Origin: Octopus bimaculoides
Taxonomy: Eukaryota
Length of the DNA stretch: 64,000 nt
Assembly: GCF_001194135.2 (NCBI RefSeq)
Contig: NC_069006.1
Coordinates: 21,749,710 to 21,813,709, forward strand
Reading direction: 5' to 3'
Within the stretch, counting starts at the first letter, position 1, and every line of letters begins with the position of its first letter. Of this stretch, positions 11,649 through 26,022 are shown one piece after another. A model generated the notes under the pieces. That model was given only the letters and a program-made list of their open reading frames with translations, ran no database searches and was not told where the DNA came from. The translations under genes and the position numbers were made by a program.

Positions 11649-14600
11649 CACCAATACTGACCGTGATCTTTTGTGCTAAATTTCTTGCAAACAGCAAAAA
11701 CAAACGGACATGGCAGGAGTGGAGAAACGGGATGGGTACCAAAAGCCAAACTATAGAACTATTATTTATGACTTTCAACTGGAAGCTGGTTAAAAAAGAA
11801 CAAACAACTTTAGAAGGAGCCGCTCCCTCCACCTTGACGTTAGGCTTGCGATATATATCTGCTAAATCTCCTTAAAACAGGACATGCTACTCTCGTAATT
11901 GATCTTATTGTTTTTAATGGTGTGACAGAGTTCAAATGTAATTTTCATGTTATTTATACATTAAAATTCATTCCGAGTTCAAACTCCATCAAAGTTGATT
12001 TTCGCCTTTCATCTTTTTGGGTGACGATAAGGTAAAGTACTGATTGAACACTGGGGTCAATGTAAACAAACTAGTTCCCCCCCCCCACACACATGTATAT
12101 GACTGTGAAGTGGCATAAGTGACTCAATGGATGAAAGTTTCGTGTATTGTACTTATGAAACTGGTTTCATAAGAATCAATGTGTGTGTATGCATGTACGC
12201 GCATACATGCGTATGTATGCATATATGGTAGTGCTCCGGAATGGTAGTGGGCTGCTAGGGATGCTGACAATGGCTGCAAATTGGTAATGGTGATGTGATA
12301 ATGTCTATCCATAATTCTGGGTGTGATTGGGTAGACTTCTGATCAAAGACATTCCATACATATCTGTTTCTTACTTTTTTTTTTTTACTGGCATAATGTA
12401 TCTTAGATTACACTATTCAATGTGTCCCTTTCTAAAAAGGGGTATGGTGTTATTGAGATTGAGAGAAAATTTCCCAGCTGTTTATAGCAGTCTAACTGAT
12501 GGTTCACAGAAGCCCTATTTTTAGTGGCTTGGAAAATTGGTGTGGTGGTGGTGGTGATATGGCTTATGGTGGGTGGAGCTGGTGGTATGGCGGATGGCGA
12601 AATGATAGAAATTGGAGATGGTGGCGGTGGTGATGATGATGATGATGTGGTGAATAAATACAGTGGTGGTGATGGTGGCGGTGGTATGGTCTATAATAGA
12701 TGGAATTGATTGACAGTTGAAAGCTGGACAGTGATAGGGGAGATGGTATGAAGACTGGAGGTGATGATGGTATATTAAATGAAGATGGTGTTCTGGTGAA
12801 TGGAAATAATGGAATGGCAGTTGGAGGTGATGGAAGCATATGATGGTTTGATGGTATGGTGGAAGATATGGGGGGTGGGGGTGAGAGTCGTGGTATAATG
12901 GACAGTTGTGATGCTATGATGATAACGATGATGCTGATGGTGATTACATGTCAGCAGTGATAATAGCAATGGCTAATGGTGGTGGTTGTAGTTGTGGTTG
13001 TGGTGTTGGTGGTTGTGGTGTTGGTGGTTGTGGTGTTGGTGGTTGTGGCGTTGGTGGTTGTGGTGTTGGTGGTTGTGGGAGTTGTAGTGGTGGTGGTAGT
13101 TGTGATTGTGGTAGTTGTAGTTGTGGTAGTGGTTGAGGTGGTAGTGGTGGTGGCTGATTGTAGAAGTAACATTGGTAGAGTAGCGGTGTTGGTTGTAATG
13201 GTATTGTCATCGGTAACGTTGATGGTGGTGGTGATGGTCGTGGTGGTGGTAGCAGTGGTGGTTGTGGGGGACATGATGGTGATGGTGGTGACAGCGATAG
13301 TTAGTGGTAGCGCAGGTTTATTTTTTTTGCACCGAAGTAGCAAGAAGCAGCGTGAAACATCAATTAAAAGTTAAAAAGGCAGAAACATCAGTAATGGAAA
13401 TAAGCAAGCAAAACACATTATGAGATTAGAATGCGCCTGGAATGTTCTACCACGGAAAAATCAAACCTGGAAGCAGTATGGAGAATCGGTGTTGTTGTTG
13501 ATGCTGTTGTTGTTGGCGGTAACAATGGTGGTTGTGGTGGTGGTATTGCCATGATGATCGAAGATGTAGGTGAGAGAGCGAAAGTGAAAGTAAAACTGAT
13601 GGTGAGAAAGGGGGAAGGAACTATTGAGACGAACAAAATCAGATGCTTAAGAGATATAATAATGTATGTACTTCAGCGGGAAGGAAGGGAGGTGGGTGGT
13701 GGGTGTTATTTTTTTGTGGTGGAGGGGGGAAGGTGTAGCTGGTTTTTGCGTTTGCATGTTTGTGCGCACATACACGTGTGTGTGTGTGTATCTGTGTGTA
13801 AACATGTAGGTGTGAGTGTGTGCGGGGAAGAGATAGAACGAGAGGTGAAGAGAGGGAAAGAGAGAAAGAAAAGGGGGCACTTATGTGGGCAGGTGTATAC
13901 ATATATATATATATATAGACACATACATTCATACATACATATATATGTATATAGATGCACATGTATATATGTATATATAGTGGAAGAGGAATAGAGAGAA
14001 AGAACTGTGTGGAGTTGTATATATGCAAGAATGTGTGTATGTGTGATGTACATATAGATAGGAGTGAGAGGGGAAAGAAAAGAAAGTGTAAGAGAGAGAG
14101 AGAGAGAGAGAGACGGAGACAGAGAGAGAAAGTGGGTCATAAAACAATGCAAGACAGATGGAAAACATAGATGTAATTAAGCAACAATATATACTGTTTC
14201 TATTAAAAACAGGAACACACACACACACACACACATATCTGATAAATGTGGGTGGAGTGGTAAGCATCCATTCAATTGATTAATTAATCAGTCAATCAAT
14301 CGCATAATTGTGCCGATGGAAAATAAAGAAGGAATAGGAAGAAGTGTGTAAGTGTCTTTATAAAGAATTATATGTAGAGAAAAGGTGCTTGGAGTGTAGA
14401 GAGAGAGGGAGAGAATGGGGGTGGAGAAGGAAAGAAAAAGAGAGGGTGAGAGGGAAAGAGAGAGTTGAGGACAGGGGAAGGAAGTAAGAGTAGTAAAGAG
14501 GGGGATGGAGAGAGATAGAGAGAGAACATTGTGGTTTCGATTCCTGGACCAGGTTATGCATTATGTTCTTGAGCAAAACATTTCATTTCATGTTACTTTA

Positions 14601-15379
14601 GTCCACTCAGTTGGCAAAAATGGATAATCCTGCAATGGCCTGGCGTCCTGCCCAGGAGGGAATATATGAGCTGCAGAGACTGGGAGACTGGCCGTATGAG
14701 TCTATATAACTTGGAAAAGACCTTCAGAGATATGTAGAGTTGATAGGATATTATAGAGAAAAGATTCAGACCAGAGAGTAGGGTGGAGAATATTGTAGAC
14801 CAGGGTGTTGTAGAGAATGGTATAGAGAGGGTGTTGTTGAGGGAAGAGTAGAGAAGAGAGGGTGTTGTAGAAAACAGTGTAGAGGTGTCGTAGAGAACAG
14901 TAGATGGCGGGGGGGGGGATTTGAAAAAGAGAGCTGTGAAGGGATAGCTCGTAGAGAATGGTGTAAAGTAGTGAGTGTTGTAGAAAAAGTGTAGAGTAGG
15001 GAGAGTGTTGTAGAAAAAGTGTAGAGAGAATAGTGTAGAGGTGACACTCTACAAAGACATTGCTACACTACACTTGTTCTCTACAAAAACCATCTTTACG
15101 TTGCTTTCAAAGATGATGACAAAGACAAAAGCATCGATGATGATGATGACGATGACGATGACAAATGATGAGGATGAAAACACAATTGCTGGTGATTATG
15201 ATGATGATGACGAAGTGAATAGCATTGATCATAACGAAAATGATGATTATGATGGTGATGATGATGACGACAATGATGATCATGGATGATTGGTCTGGAG
15301 ACAAGTCAGCTGACCAACATCCGATGTAACAACAACAACAACAACAACAGCAATGACTAACAAAACTGATGATTCATAA

Positions 15380-15950
<571 letters not shown>

Positions 15951-16025
15951 AACAAAGAACTGATTGGTAGTAGTTCTGTCAAAGCAATTTTTTTGAAAAG
16001 TACTTTCAATAATTGTGTGTGTGCG

Positions 16026-16068
<43 letters not shown>

Positions 16069-16536
16069 ATGCGAGTGGGTGGAGTGTACTGAGTGATGTA
16101 TATGATGTATGTGCATGGGGCGGGGGGGGGTCTAACGTGTGTAAAGTGCATTTGGCACGTGTGTCTGTGTGTGTGTGTGTGTGTATGTATGTGTTGGTGT
16201 ACACCTTACATACCACGCTACTCTATACCCAAAGCTGTAATGTAGACAGTCCACTTGCCTTACACACACACACACATGCATGCACACACATATATATATA
16301 TATACACCAGCATCACTCACTTGTGAAGCCAAACCAATGTGATCAGTAGCTCCATCATCCTGGGAGACGAGGAGAAAGACCACACCTATACACACACATG
16401 CGCATGCTCACATAAACACATACATGTGTACGCATCTGTTCATAGATATACATGCAATGTACAAAGGTACTAATATACAAATACACAGAGCCTAGTCATC
16501 CAATGGCATAAATTAGCAATGAGACTCTTTAACACA

Positions 16537-16582
<46 letters not shown>

Positions 16583-16583
16583 T

Positions 16584-16870
16584 CATGGCTGTGTGGTAAG
16601 AAGCTTGCTTCTCAACCATATGGTTCCTGGATCAGTCCCATGGTGTGATACTTTGGGCAAGTGCCTTGTACTATAGCTTCGTGCCGACCAAAGCCTTGTG
16701 AGTGGATTTGGTAGACAGAAACTGAAAGAAGCCCGTTGTATATATATGTGTGTGTATATATTTATGTGTGTGTATATTTTTTATTTATGTCTGTATTTGT
16801 CCCTAAAAATGCTCCAAGATGGTGCCCCAGCATTGCCACAGTTTAATTACTGAAACAAGGAAAAGGTAAG
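16584..16870 (+). mobile_element. SINE family A copy with microsatellite and tail
   Basis: Head, central TA/TG tract and the ...GGTGCCCCAGCATTGCCACAGT...ACTGAAACAAG tail. Confidence 0.8.
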
Positions 16871-18127
16871 AGATATACAAGATAATTGTTTTAACCTTAC
16901 GTTTCATTCATTGGACTGTGTCCATGCTGGGGCACTGCCAAAAAAGAGTTTAGTTGATCAAAGTAATTTTAAGCATGTGGTAATTATTTTATCAATCTCT
17001 TTGTAATGAACCCCTAGGTTACAAGGACATAATACTGGTTATCAAGTGGAGAGAGGCAAACACAAACGCTCTCTTTCTCTCTCTCCCTCTCATGCACACA
17101 CACACCCACCCACATTTAACATCTGCTTTTTGGTGCTGGAAAGGGTCACACAGCGAGGTACTTCAGGCAAGGTATTTATACAACCAGATGCTCTTCATTT
17201 TTATCAACCCTTTCCTGCTTATCAAGAAAAGGAATTTTTAAAATTCCATCACAGATGTAGAAGCTCAGAGTTAGCAGCTGATGCTTTGACAAGAAATGTC
17301 AACATGTGTCACCAGTTAGAGACTCTTGTGACATCACTATCTGTTAGCATAGCACACTGTAGTATATAAATCAATCACACATACACACACAAGTATGACA
17401 CAGTCCTTGGACACTGCGATTGCCTCCACCCATCCACTAACCTGTTGGTTTCTGACAAACCTGCAACCTATCCCAGAATAGAAGAATATAAAAAGATGAT
17501 GATGATGATGATGATGATGAGACACACAAACACACATACATCTTCTATTTTTTCTTTTACTTTTGTTTCAGTCATTTGATTGTGGCCATGTGGTTGGGAA
17601 GCAAGCTTCTTACCACACAACCACACCTGTGCCTCTNNNNNNNNNNNNNNNNNNNNNNNNNNNNNNNNNNNNNNNNNNNNNNNNNNNNNNNNNNNNNNNN
17701 NNNNNNNNNNNNNNNNNNNNNNNNNNNNNNNNNNNNNNNNNNNNNNNNNNNNNNNNNNNNNNNNNNNNNNNNNNNNNNNNNNNNNNNNNNNNNNNNNNNN
17801 NNNNNNNNNNNNNNNNNNNNNNNNNNNNNNNNNNNNNNNNNNNNNNNNNNNNNNNNNNNNNNNNNNNNNNNNNNNNNNNNNNNNNNNNNNNNNNNNNNNN
17901 NNNNNNNNNNNNNNNNNNNNNNNNNNNNNNNNNNNNNNNNNNNNNNNNNNNNNNNNNNNNNNNNNNNNNNNNNNNNNNNNNNNNNNNNNNNNNNNNNNNN
18001 NNNNNNNNNNNNNNNNNNNNNNNNNNNNNNNNNNNNNNNNNNNNNNNNNNNNNNNNNNNNNNNNNNNNNNNNNNNNNNNNNNNNNNNNNNNNNNNNNNNN
18101 NNNNNNNNNNNNNNNNNNNNNNNNNNN

Positions 18128-18166
<39 letters not shown>

Positions 18167-18909
18167 TCATCATCATCATCGTTTAACATATATATATATA
18201 TGTACACACACATGTTTGCAAATGTTCCAGTGTGTCTCTGTGTGTGAGGGAGAGAGAGAGGAAGGGAGGAGGGAAAACACTGAAGCTGGCATCAAAACAA
18301 CTCCCAACATTTACCTGCTTATTATCAACCCCTTCTTCTTCTCTTCCTCCCACTCCTCCTCCGCACTCCCCTTCCACTGCGCCATACACTCCCCCCCTCA
18401 TACATTTTTATCAGTTAAGGTAAACTTGCCTTACTTACACCTGCTCCACCTGAACCCACTTAGTCTCCCCCCCTCCCTCCTCACACCCAGCCATACCCAG
18501 ATATATCTTCATCACCATCTTCATTCAGAAGATAAAAGGGGCCTCGCCCTTGATATTATCAAGATTATTTTTCCAAGACAAAATTTCTGTTATTATCAGG
18601 ATCAAGATGAGTATAATATCAATACACACACACACACATACATATACACACCCAGACACATATGTATCTATATTTATACCTATTTCAAGGCACATAGCCA
18701 AAGTGGTTAGGGTGCAAGGTTTGCCAGTTGTTAGGTGGTAGGTTCAGTTCTTGGACTGGCCCAGTGTGTTGTATTCTTGAGTTAAGTATTTCGTTTCACT
18801 TTTAATGATAATCGTTTATTCGTTTACTTGTTTTAGTCATTAGACTATAGCCTCGCTGGGGCACCACCTTCAAGAATTTTTATTCAAATGGACCTCAGAA
18901 TTTGTTAGA

Positions 18910-19293
18910 CATTACTTAGTTATTTCTCTGTGTGTGCCATGAGGCACTTAAGGCCCCGACATGGTGTCTCCAGCCAGGTCTAGTTTCTATCACTATTCCG
19001 GCCTCATTCCAGTTTCTTCACCCTCCTTGTCTCCTTTCCTCGTCAATGGTCCTTCACCATATGGCTTTAGGGTGCCATGCTACTTTTTTTCCTCTCAGGC
19101 TGCCACTTAAGTGTCACCATACAATTGCTTGCTTGATCTTGTCGGAGGGCATGTCCAATTCAGACACAGTGTCTGTGTCTTATTTTGTCACAGATCCTGT
19201 TGATGTCCGTCGTTGTCTCAATTGTGTCATTTCAGACTCTTTGCAGCCACTTGATGTCAAGTATTGTTTTCAAACATGTGAGTTGGATGTTGT
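18910..19293 (-). mobile_element. Degenerate 3' end of an RTE-clade LINE
   Basis: Minus-strand translation CLKTILDIKW...KIRHRHCV*IGHALRQ...LKWQPERK..HPKAIW*RTIDEERRQGG*RNWNEA...RPGWRHHVGALSASWHTEK resembles the RTE post-RT tail (CLRRILxIxW..WIGHxLR..RGRPKxTWRR..WRxxVxALC); contains stops and a frameshift. Confidence 0.75.
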
Positions 19294-19301
19294 GTATTAT
19301 A

Positions 19302-19522
19302 TGAGGGAGTGCTGAAAAAGTTCCTGGATTTGGGTAAAAGAAAACACAGGAGGATCAGTTAATTATGATTTTATTCAACATATTCCCATCCCAGATTCAC
19401 ACACTTATTGCAGAGGTCCTTCAGTTTTTCTAAGCCCTGTTAAAGAACTCGGAAGTTTAAGCCTCTAAAACTAGGCCTTTCACAATACCCTTAAAACCAG
19501 GAACTTTACAGCCCCGCCCTCA
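19302..19522. mobile_element. Tc1/mariner-derived MITE
   Basis: TA|TGAGGGAGTGCTGAAAAAGTTCCTGG ... CCAGGAACTTTACAGCCCCGCCCTCA|TA: imperfect TIRs with TA TSD; second copy at 45254. Confidence 0.8.
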
Positions 19523-19790
19523 TATATATACATATATTGTGGAAAAATTGCTTTGCATGAAACCAGTCTGTGATGCAAAAAAAAAAAAAAAAAAAAAAAA
19601 AAGGTTGGGCAACCGCTGGTGTAAATGGTACTTGCTCCCAAATACTATGTAGTGGAATTGAACCAGAGTCTTTTGTGACTGTAAAGGAAGCTTCTTAACC
19701 ATTCAGCCATGCTGCTGGTAGCCCTGGACTTACTAAGGGACACATTGACAGACACACTAATGGATACAATGACAGATACATGAACACATG

Positions 19791-19833
<43 letters not shown>

Positions 19834-19917
19834 CTGACAGCAGCAGCACCAGCAATACTAATACAGTACAGAATTACCATTTTGTACATGGCTAGGTTGT
19901 TAATTGAAATCTGTACC

Positions 19918-20478
19918 CTAGTTATCCTCCTCAAGCCAGATATTTCTTCAACCTTATCAGAGAGACACTACCACCGCCACCCACTACCAAGCTACCCTTT
20001 AGACTCCTACCGCCCCTCACCTAAACCTCTATCATCATCATCATCACCACCACCATCATCATCACTCATATACATGTGCCTTTGTCACCAACATATGTAA
20101 ACCACCCCAGCTGCTAAGGTAAGTTCAGTCAGAGACCAGCTTATAGGATAATGTATAAAATACTTAATTTATTTGTTTATCATTGCCCACCTACCCTGCC
20201 CCTTCCACCACACAGGATGATGAGGGCTGAGGGGGAACACAGGAGGCGCATAGTCACATACATAGGAAGACATGCTGAGAAACACACACACATATATACA
20301 CACAGCTTCAGTTTGTAAGATACACAAACACACACATACGCACACACAAAAGTACTTTTGCCAGACTTGGCAAATTTTCAACCAGTTTGTATTTTCCCCT
20401 TTATTAAATAAACTAAACAGATATAGATTCATTGAACTGGCTGGCTGTTTTGTGTGTGCGACAGAAGTAGCAGGAGAG

Positions 20479-20517
<39 letters not shown>

Positions 20518-20688
20518 AGAGAGAAAACTAGGGAGACAGGAAGAAGAGGGAGGATGGAGAGAGAGAGAGGAACTGGGAAAGACAGTGTGATGTGTACACA
20601 CATCATACACACACATGCATGTATACAAATATATATATATGCATATGCATACACATATACAGACATACAAATATATGTGAAGATCTAA

Positions 20689-20723
<35 letters not shown>

Positions 20724-20821
20724 ACATATCACATACACACGCATATACACATGGAGGTGGAGGTGGTAGTGTCTCTCTGATAAGGTTGAAGAAATATCTG
20801 GCTTGAGGAGGGGATAACTAG
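19918..20821. mobile_element. Element bounded by ~65-bp near-perfect inverted repeats (non-autonomous transposon or inverted duplication)
   Basis: 19918-19981 CTAGTTATCCTCCTCAAGCCAGATATTTCTTCAACCTTATCAGAGAGACACTACCACC... is the reverse complement of 20756-20821 (one 2-nt indel, one substitution); both outer ends read CTAG. Confidence 0.6.
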
Positions 20822-23800
20822 ATGGAAACTGAAAGAAGCCCATTGTATGTATGTATTTATATGTGTGTGTGTCTTTGTCCCCCACTATTGCTTGATAACT
20901 GGTGTTGGTGTGTTCACATCCCTATAACTTAGTGGTTTGGCAAAAGAAACCAACAGAATAAGATGACAAGCTTAAAAGAAAAAAAAAAGTACTAGGATTG
21001 GTTCATTTGGCTAAAGATCCTTCAAGGCAGTGCCCCAGCGTGGCCGTAGTCTAATGACTGAAACAAGTAAAAGATAAAAGATAAATGTGTGTGTGGGGGG
21101 TTTGTATGTAGAACTGGAAGTTGATTCTAGAGTGAGGTAGGTTACACTATATACCAAGTCAACTGAAACAATAATATTAACAAACACCCCCTGCCCTCCC
21201 CCTGGGTCGCACAACTGTTTATCTAACCCCCACTATTTCGAGATAACACTCCCCCCCTCCGCCATCCCACCTCATCCAAACTCCCTTTAGAAAGGGAAGG
21301 GTCTGTACAGGTGTAGGAGAGGGTTAAGTAAACCAGTGCAATGTGCTTAATAGATTAAGTTACACTGCTTTCTTTCTGTCTGTCTCTGTTTTTCAATTCT
21401 CACTTGCAATCAATGAAGAAGCCTCTATGTGGTCACTTGAGCAGCTAGAAGTAGCAGCCAAATCTTCCTCAAATCACAACTTGCTGTTTTAAAGAAGGCA
21501 GGACATGCTGAATAATGTAATACATAGCTGCAGGCGTCACTACATGGTTGTGAAAATTGCTTCCGATTCGTGTGGTCTAGGGTTTAGTCTCAATGCACAG
21601 CACTCCGGGCAAGAGTCTTCTACTATAGCCCTGGGCTGACCAAAGCCTTGTGAGTGAATTTGGTTTATGGAAACTGAAAGAAGCCTGTCGTAGGGCCAAT
21701 CTGAAGACACTGAGCCTTAAGAAGGAGATGACTAAGGCACATTTTTGTGCTCAAGAAAACCCGTCCACCACAGCAGAATTGATACTGGTGCTGGTGCCAC
21801 ATAAAAAGCACTCAGTAGACTCTGTGGAGTGGTTGGCATTAGGAAAGGCATCCAACTGTAGAAACCATGCCCCCCCCCCGGCCTTACCAGCTCTGGTCAA
21901 ACTGTGTAACCCATGCCAGCATGGTGATGATGATGATGATGTTTGTATGTACTCTTATCTTGACATGATGTGAGGATTAGTGATAGGAAGGAGACAGGAA
22001 GGACTTCTGACCATAGGAGGTAAGGTTTTGCATGGCTGGCTGGCTGGCTGGGCTGGTTGTCAGATTCCTTTATATATTTCTGTCCACAGGGATTTCTTAA
22101 GATGTAATATTTTAAAATAAATTGTCTTGGAGAAAAAGAAAATAGAGAGGTAGAGGAGGAGGAGGAAGAGGTGGAGGGATGAGAGAGTGAGAGAAGAAGG
22201 GAAAGAGTAAGAGAGAGAGAGAGAGAGTAAATGATTGAATGAATAAGAGTATGAGTAGGAGAGGGTAGGTACTTGAAGGTATGAGTTTGAGAGAGAGGGA
22301 GAAAGAGAGGAAGAGAAAGAGAGAGACAGAAAGAGAAATAGAGACAGTGAGAGAGGGAGAGAGAATAAGAGTGTCTAAGAGTATGAGAGAGAGAGAGAGG
22401 GAGAGAGAGAGGAGGAAGAAAGGAAGAGAGAGGGGAAGCGAGAGATAGTAAAAGAGATGCCAGAAGAAGCATTTGTAAGACAGTAAGAGAAAGACAGAGA
22501 GAGAGAGAGAGAGGGAGGGAGAGAGGATATTCAAGAAAGTGAGAATGAGAAAGTATTTATAGGCAACTCAACAACAGGTGGTGTTGCTGGTGGTGGTAGT
22601 AGTGGTGGTGGTAGGGTTGATCATGCTTGTGTTGTTGTTGTTATGGTGGTAGTAATTTTATGGCACTGATATTAATGTAGTAGTAGTAGTAATAGTGGTG
22701 AAAATAATAGATGTAGTGGCTGTGGCTGCAGTAGTAGTAGTTGCAGTAGTGGTGATAGTGGTAGTGGATGTGGTTGTAGTGGTGGTGGTAGTCGTGATAG
22801 TGACGGTAGTAGCAGTGGTGGTGATGGTAGTAGTGGTGATGGCAGTAGTAGTAGTGGTGGTGGTGGTGGTGTTTGTTGTAGAAGTAGTGGTGGTGATGAT
22901 GGTGGTGGTAGTAGCGATGGTAAAGGCAGGGATGGTTGTGTTGTAGTATCATTGCTGATGGTGACAGTTGATTGGTTGTTATCCTTGAACCCCAGGCCAG
23001 CATTGGTCAATCAGGTCAACCAAAAAGACATCCCAATAGTGACCATCCTGTCTCCCTATTACGTGCTACAACCTCCTTCCTATTATGTGAAAACAACCCC
23101 CCCCCCACCAACTCCACCCCACTCCAGACTGCATCATTCAACATGTAATTTATCAAAATTCAGTAGGGGCATGGCAGAATTAGAAGGGGATGGGGAGAGA
23201 TTTGACTGTTATTTCTAGAAGGTCAAGCTACCACATAGAGGCTGCTTCATTGGTTCAAGGGTGACAATTGCATTGTACTTGAGGTGGGCGTTAATGGTTG
23301 TGCTTAATGGTGAGCATTCCTCCAGTAGTAGTAGTAGTAGTAGTAGTAGCAGCAGCTGTAGTAGTAATGTTGTGAAGGAATGGTGGTAGTAGTAGTAGTA
23401 GTAGTAGTAGCAGCAGTAATGACAGACAAATTATAGTTATATTGTATTAGCTGTACATAGCCGAAGAAAGAAAATCCTTTCACACAGATGCAGGCGTGGC
23501 TGTGTGGATAAGAAGTTAGCTTCCCAACCACATGGGTTTCTGGTTCAGTCCCACTGTGCAGCACCTTGGGCAAGTGTTTTCTACTACAGCCCCCAAACTG
23601 ACCAAAACCTTGTGAGTGGATTTGGTGGATTTGAAACCGTTATTATTATTATTATTTGGCTTCGCTGACTTGTTAGGAAAAATGCTTTGCAGGATTTTGT
23701 CCCAGCTTTTTACATCCCAAGTTCAAATCCCATGAAGGTCAACTTTGCCTTTTGACCTTTCAGGGTTGATGAAATCAAGTACCAGTCGATGTACTGGGGT

Positions 23801-24334
23801 TGATAGTATCAATTAATCTCCTCTCTAAATTACTGGCCCCATGAAGGTGGTAAGCTGGCAGAGTCATTAGCATATATCAGACCAAACGCTTAGTAGTATT
23901 TCAACCAGCCCTTTACACTTTGAGTTCAGATCTGCCAAGATCAACTTTACCTTCGATCCTGGGGGNNNNNNNNNNNNNNNNNNNNNNNNNNNNNNNNNNN
24001 NNNNNNNNNNNNNNNNNNNNNNNNNNNNNNNNNNNNNNNNNNNNNNNNNNNNNNNNNNNNNNNNNNNNNNNNNNNNNNNNNNNNNNNNNNNNNNNNNNNN
24101 NNNNNNNNNNNNNNNNNNNNNNNNNNNNNNNNNNNNNNNNNNNNNNNNNNNNNNNNNNNNNNNNNNNNNNNNNNNNNNNNNNNNNNNNNNNNNNNNNNNN
24201 NNNNNNNNNNNNAAAAAAAAAAAAAAAAAAAAAAAAGCTAAGAAAAACATACTGATCTCATAACTAAATTAGAAACAATTATTATTATGATTTAATTACC
24301 ACCTTCCTCTCCCAAGTGGCCTATAGTAAGGAAG

Positions 24335-24480
24335 TTGTATGTCAACTTCTTTAAGTACCACTTCAGAACGAAGGTGGAGGTAGAGAGGGAGGCGCTGCCT
24401 TGCAGTAAATTTTATGGAACGTGGGTGAGAATGGCGAAACTGGCCTTGCTAAATGGCCCCTATGCTAGCTATGTGACTGT
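24335..24480 (+). mobile_element. Possible decayed 3' end of an L1/Tx1-like LINE
   Basis: FFKYHFRTKVEVEREALPCSKFYGTWVRMAKLA resembles the FFxHxLxxKxxxER...FxxxWV C-terminus recalled from mollusc non-LTR elements. Confidence 0.35.
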
Positions 24481-24743
24481 AGAGTGGCAACAAAGAACTG
24501 GGAGAAGGATTTACTGTTGGTATGGTAGAGTAATCCAGGGTTGTGTGTAAGGGTACCTTGAATTACTCTATGTGGATGCTCTCACCATTTTAACCCTTGT
24601 TATGCTAACCCATCTGACACTGCTCCCAGGCCTATGATGCAATCTTCCGCTTTTGACCTTTTAGCATTTAAACTGGACCTGTAAGGACCGAATATTCCTA
24701 ATGTTTTATGTTCAAACCAGCCAGATTTGGCCTCTCCCACATC

Positions 24744-24950
24744 ATCATCGTTTAACATCCGCTTTCCATGCTAGCATGGGTTGGACGATTTGACTGAGGA
24801 CTGGTGAAACCGGATGGCAACACCAGGCTCCAATCTGATTTGGCAGAGCTTCTACAGCTGGATGCCCTTCTTAACGCCAACCACTCAGAGAGTGTAGTGG
24901 GTGCTTTTACGTGTCACCCGCACGAAGGCCAGTCAGGCGGTACTGGCAAC
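24744..24950 (-). mobile_element. Young SINE family C copy
   Basis: Reverse complement of the 3' 200 bp of 36097-36420. Confidence 0.85.
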
Positions 24951-25580
24951 CCAACAATACTATCCACATGGATCCGGGTTCAGTCCCATTGTGTGGCACC
25001 TTGTGGTCGATAAACTAAGTACCAGTTGAGCACTGGGGTCGATGTAATCAACTTGCAGCAAGTTGGCAGAATAATTAGCATGCTGGACAAAATGCTAAGT
25101 AGTATTTCATTCATCTTTACGTTCTTAGTTCAAATTTCACTGAGGTTCACTTGGCCTTTTATCCTTTTGGGGTTGATGTAATCAACTATCCCCTTTCCCT
25201 GCAAAATTCCAAGCCTTGTGCTTATAGGAGAAATAATTTATCACCAGCATAACATTAATGCTGTTGTAACATTATTGAATATAAGAAACACTATTGAAGA
25301 ATTGTGTGTGTGTGTGTGTGTGTGAGTGTATGAGAGGGGGGAAGGAGTGGAATTTAATTCAATACCCCCACCGCCACACTTCCCTCCACAAAACCAGGGG
25401 CTTGAATCAATGTCAGGAACCATTATAATGAGAAGTTGATGATGATGTTGATGATGAAGGGGAGGAGAAGATTGGTTGAAGAGCATCCCCTTAAAAAAAG
25501 GCTTTAATAGGAATCTTCAGTTTTTGGACAATTAGTATTTCAGTAGGAGTGGAGGCCTAGGACTGGAGTGGGGGAGAGAG

Positions 25581-25629
<49 letters not shown>

Positions 25630-25986
25630 GTGGAGATTCATTACCCCCTCACCACATCACACACACACACACACACCCAAACACCCACCTACCCACACTA
25701 GGTTTTTGAATGGAATTTTGAATTAATTTCTGGAATAATGACTTCAAGTTCAAGAATGGAAAGAAGTATGTGTGGGGTGGGGAGAGGGGGAGGAAATGAA
25801 TGAGAAAAGAGAGGAGAGAAAAAGAACAAATGAATGAATGAATGAATGAATGATAGAGGGAAGAAGGAAAAAGAAGGAATAAGGATAAAGAGAAGAAGAG
25901 AGGGGAAATGGGGGGGAAAGAGAAGTTAGAGAGAAAAAGTGTAGAAGAGGGTGAATGAAAGAGAAGGCGATGAATGAATTGGAATG

Positions 25987-26022
<36 letters not shown>

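Noticed and set aside
14790-15050. Degenerate GTGTTGTAGA(G/A)AA repeat region
   Set aside because: An irregular low-complexity minisatellite with no sign of function.
20110-20124. Perfect AAG|GTAAGT donor on the plus strand
   Set aside because: About one such 8-mer is expected per strand in 64 kb; no credible exon.
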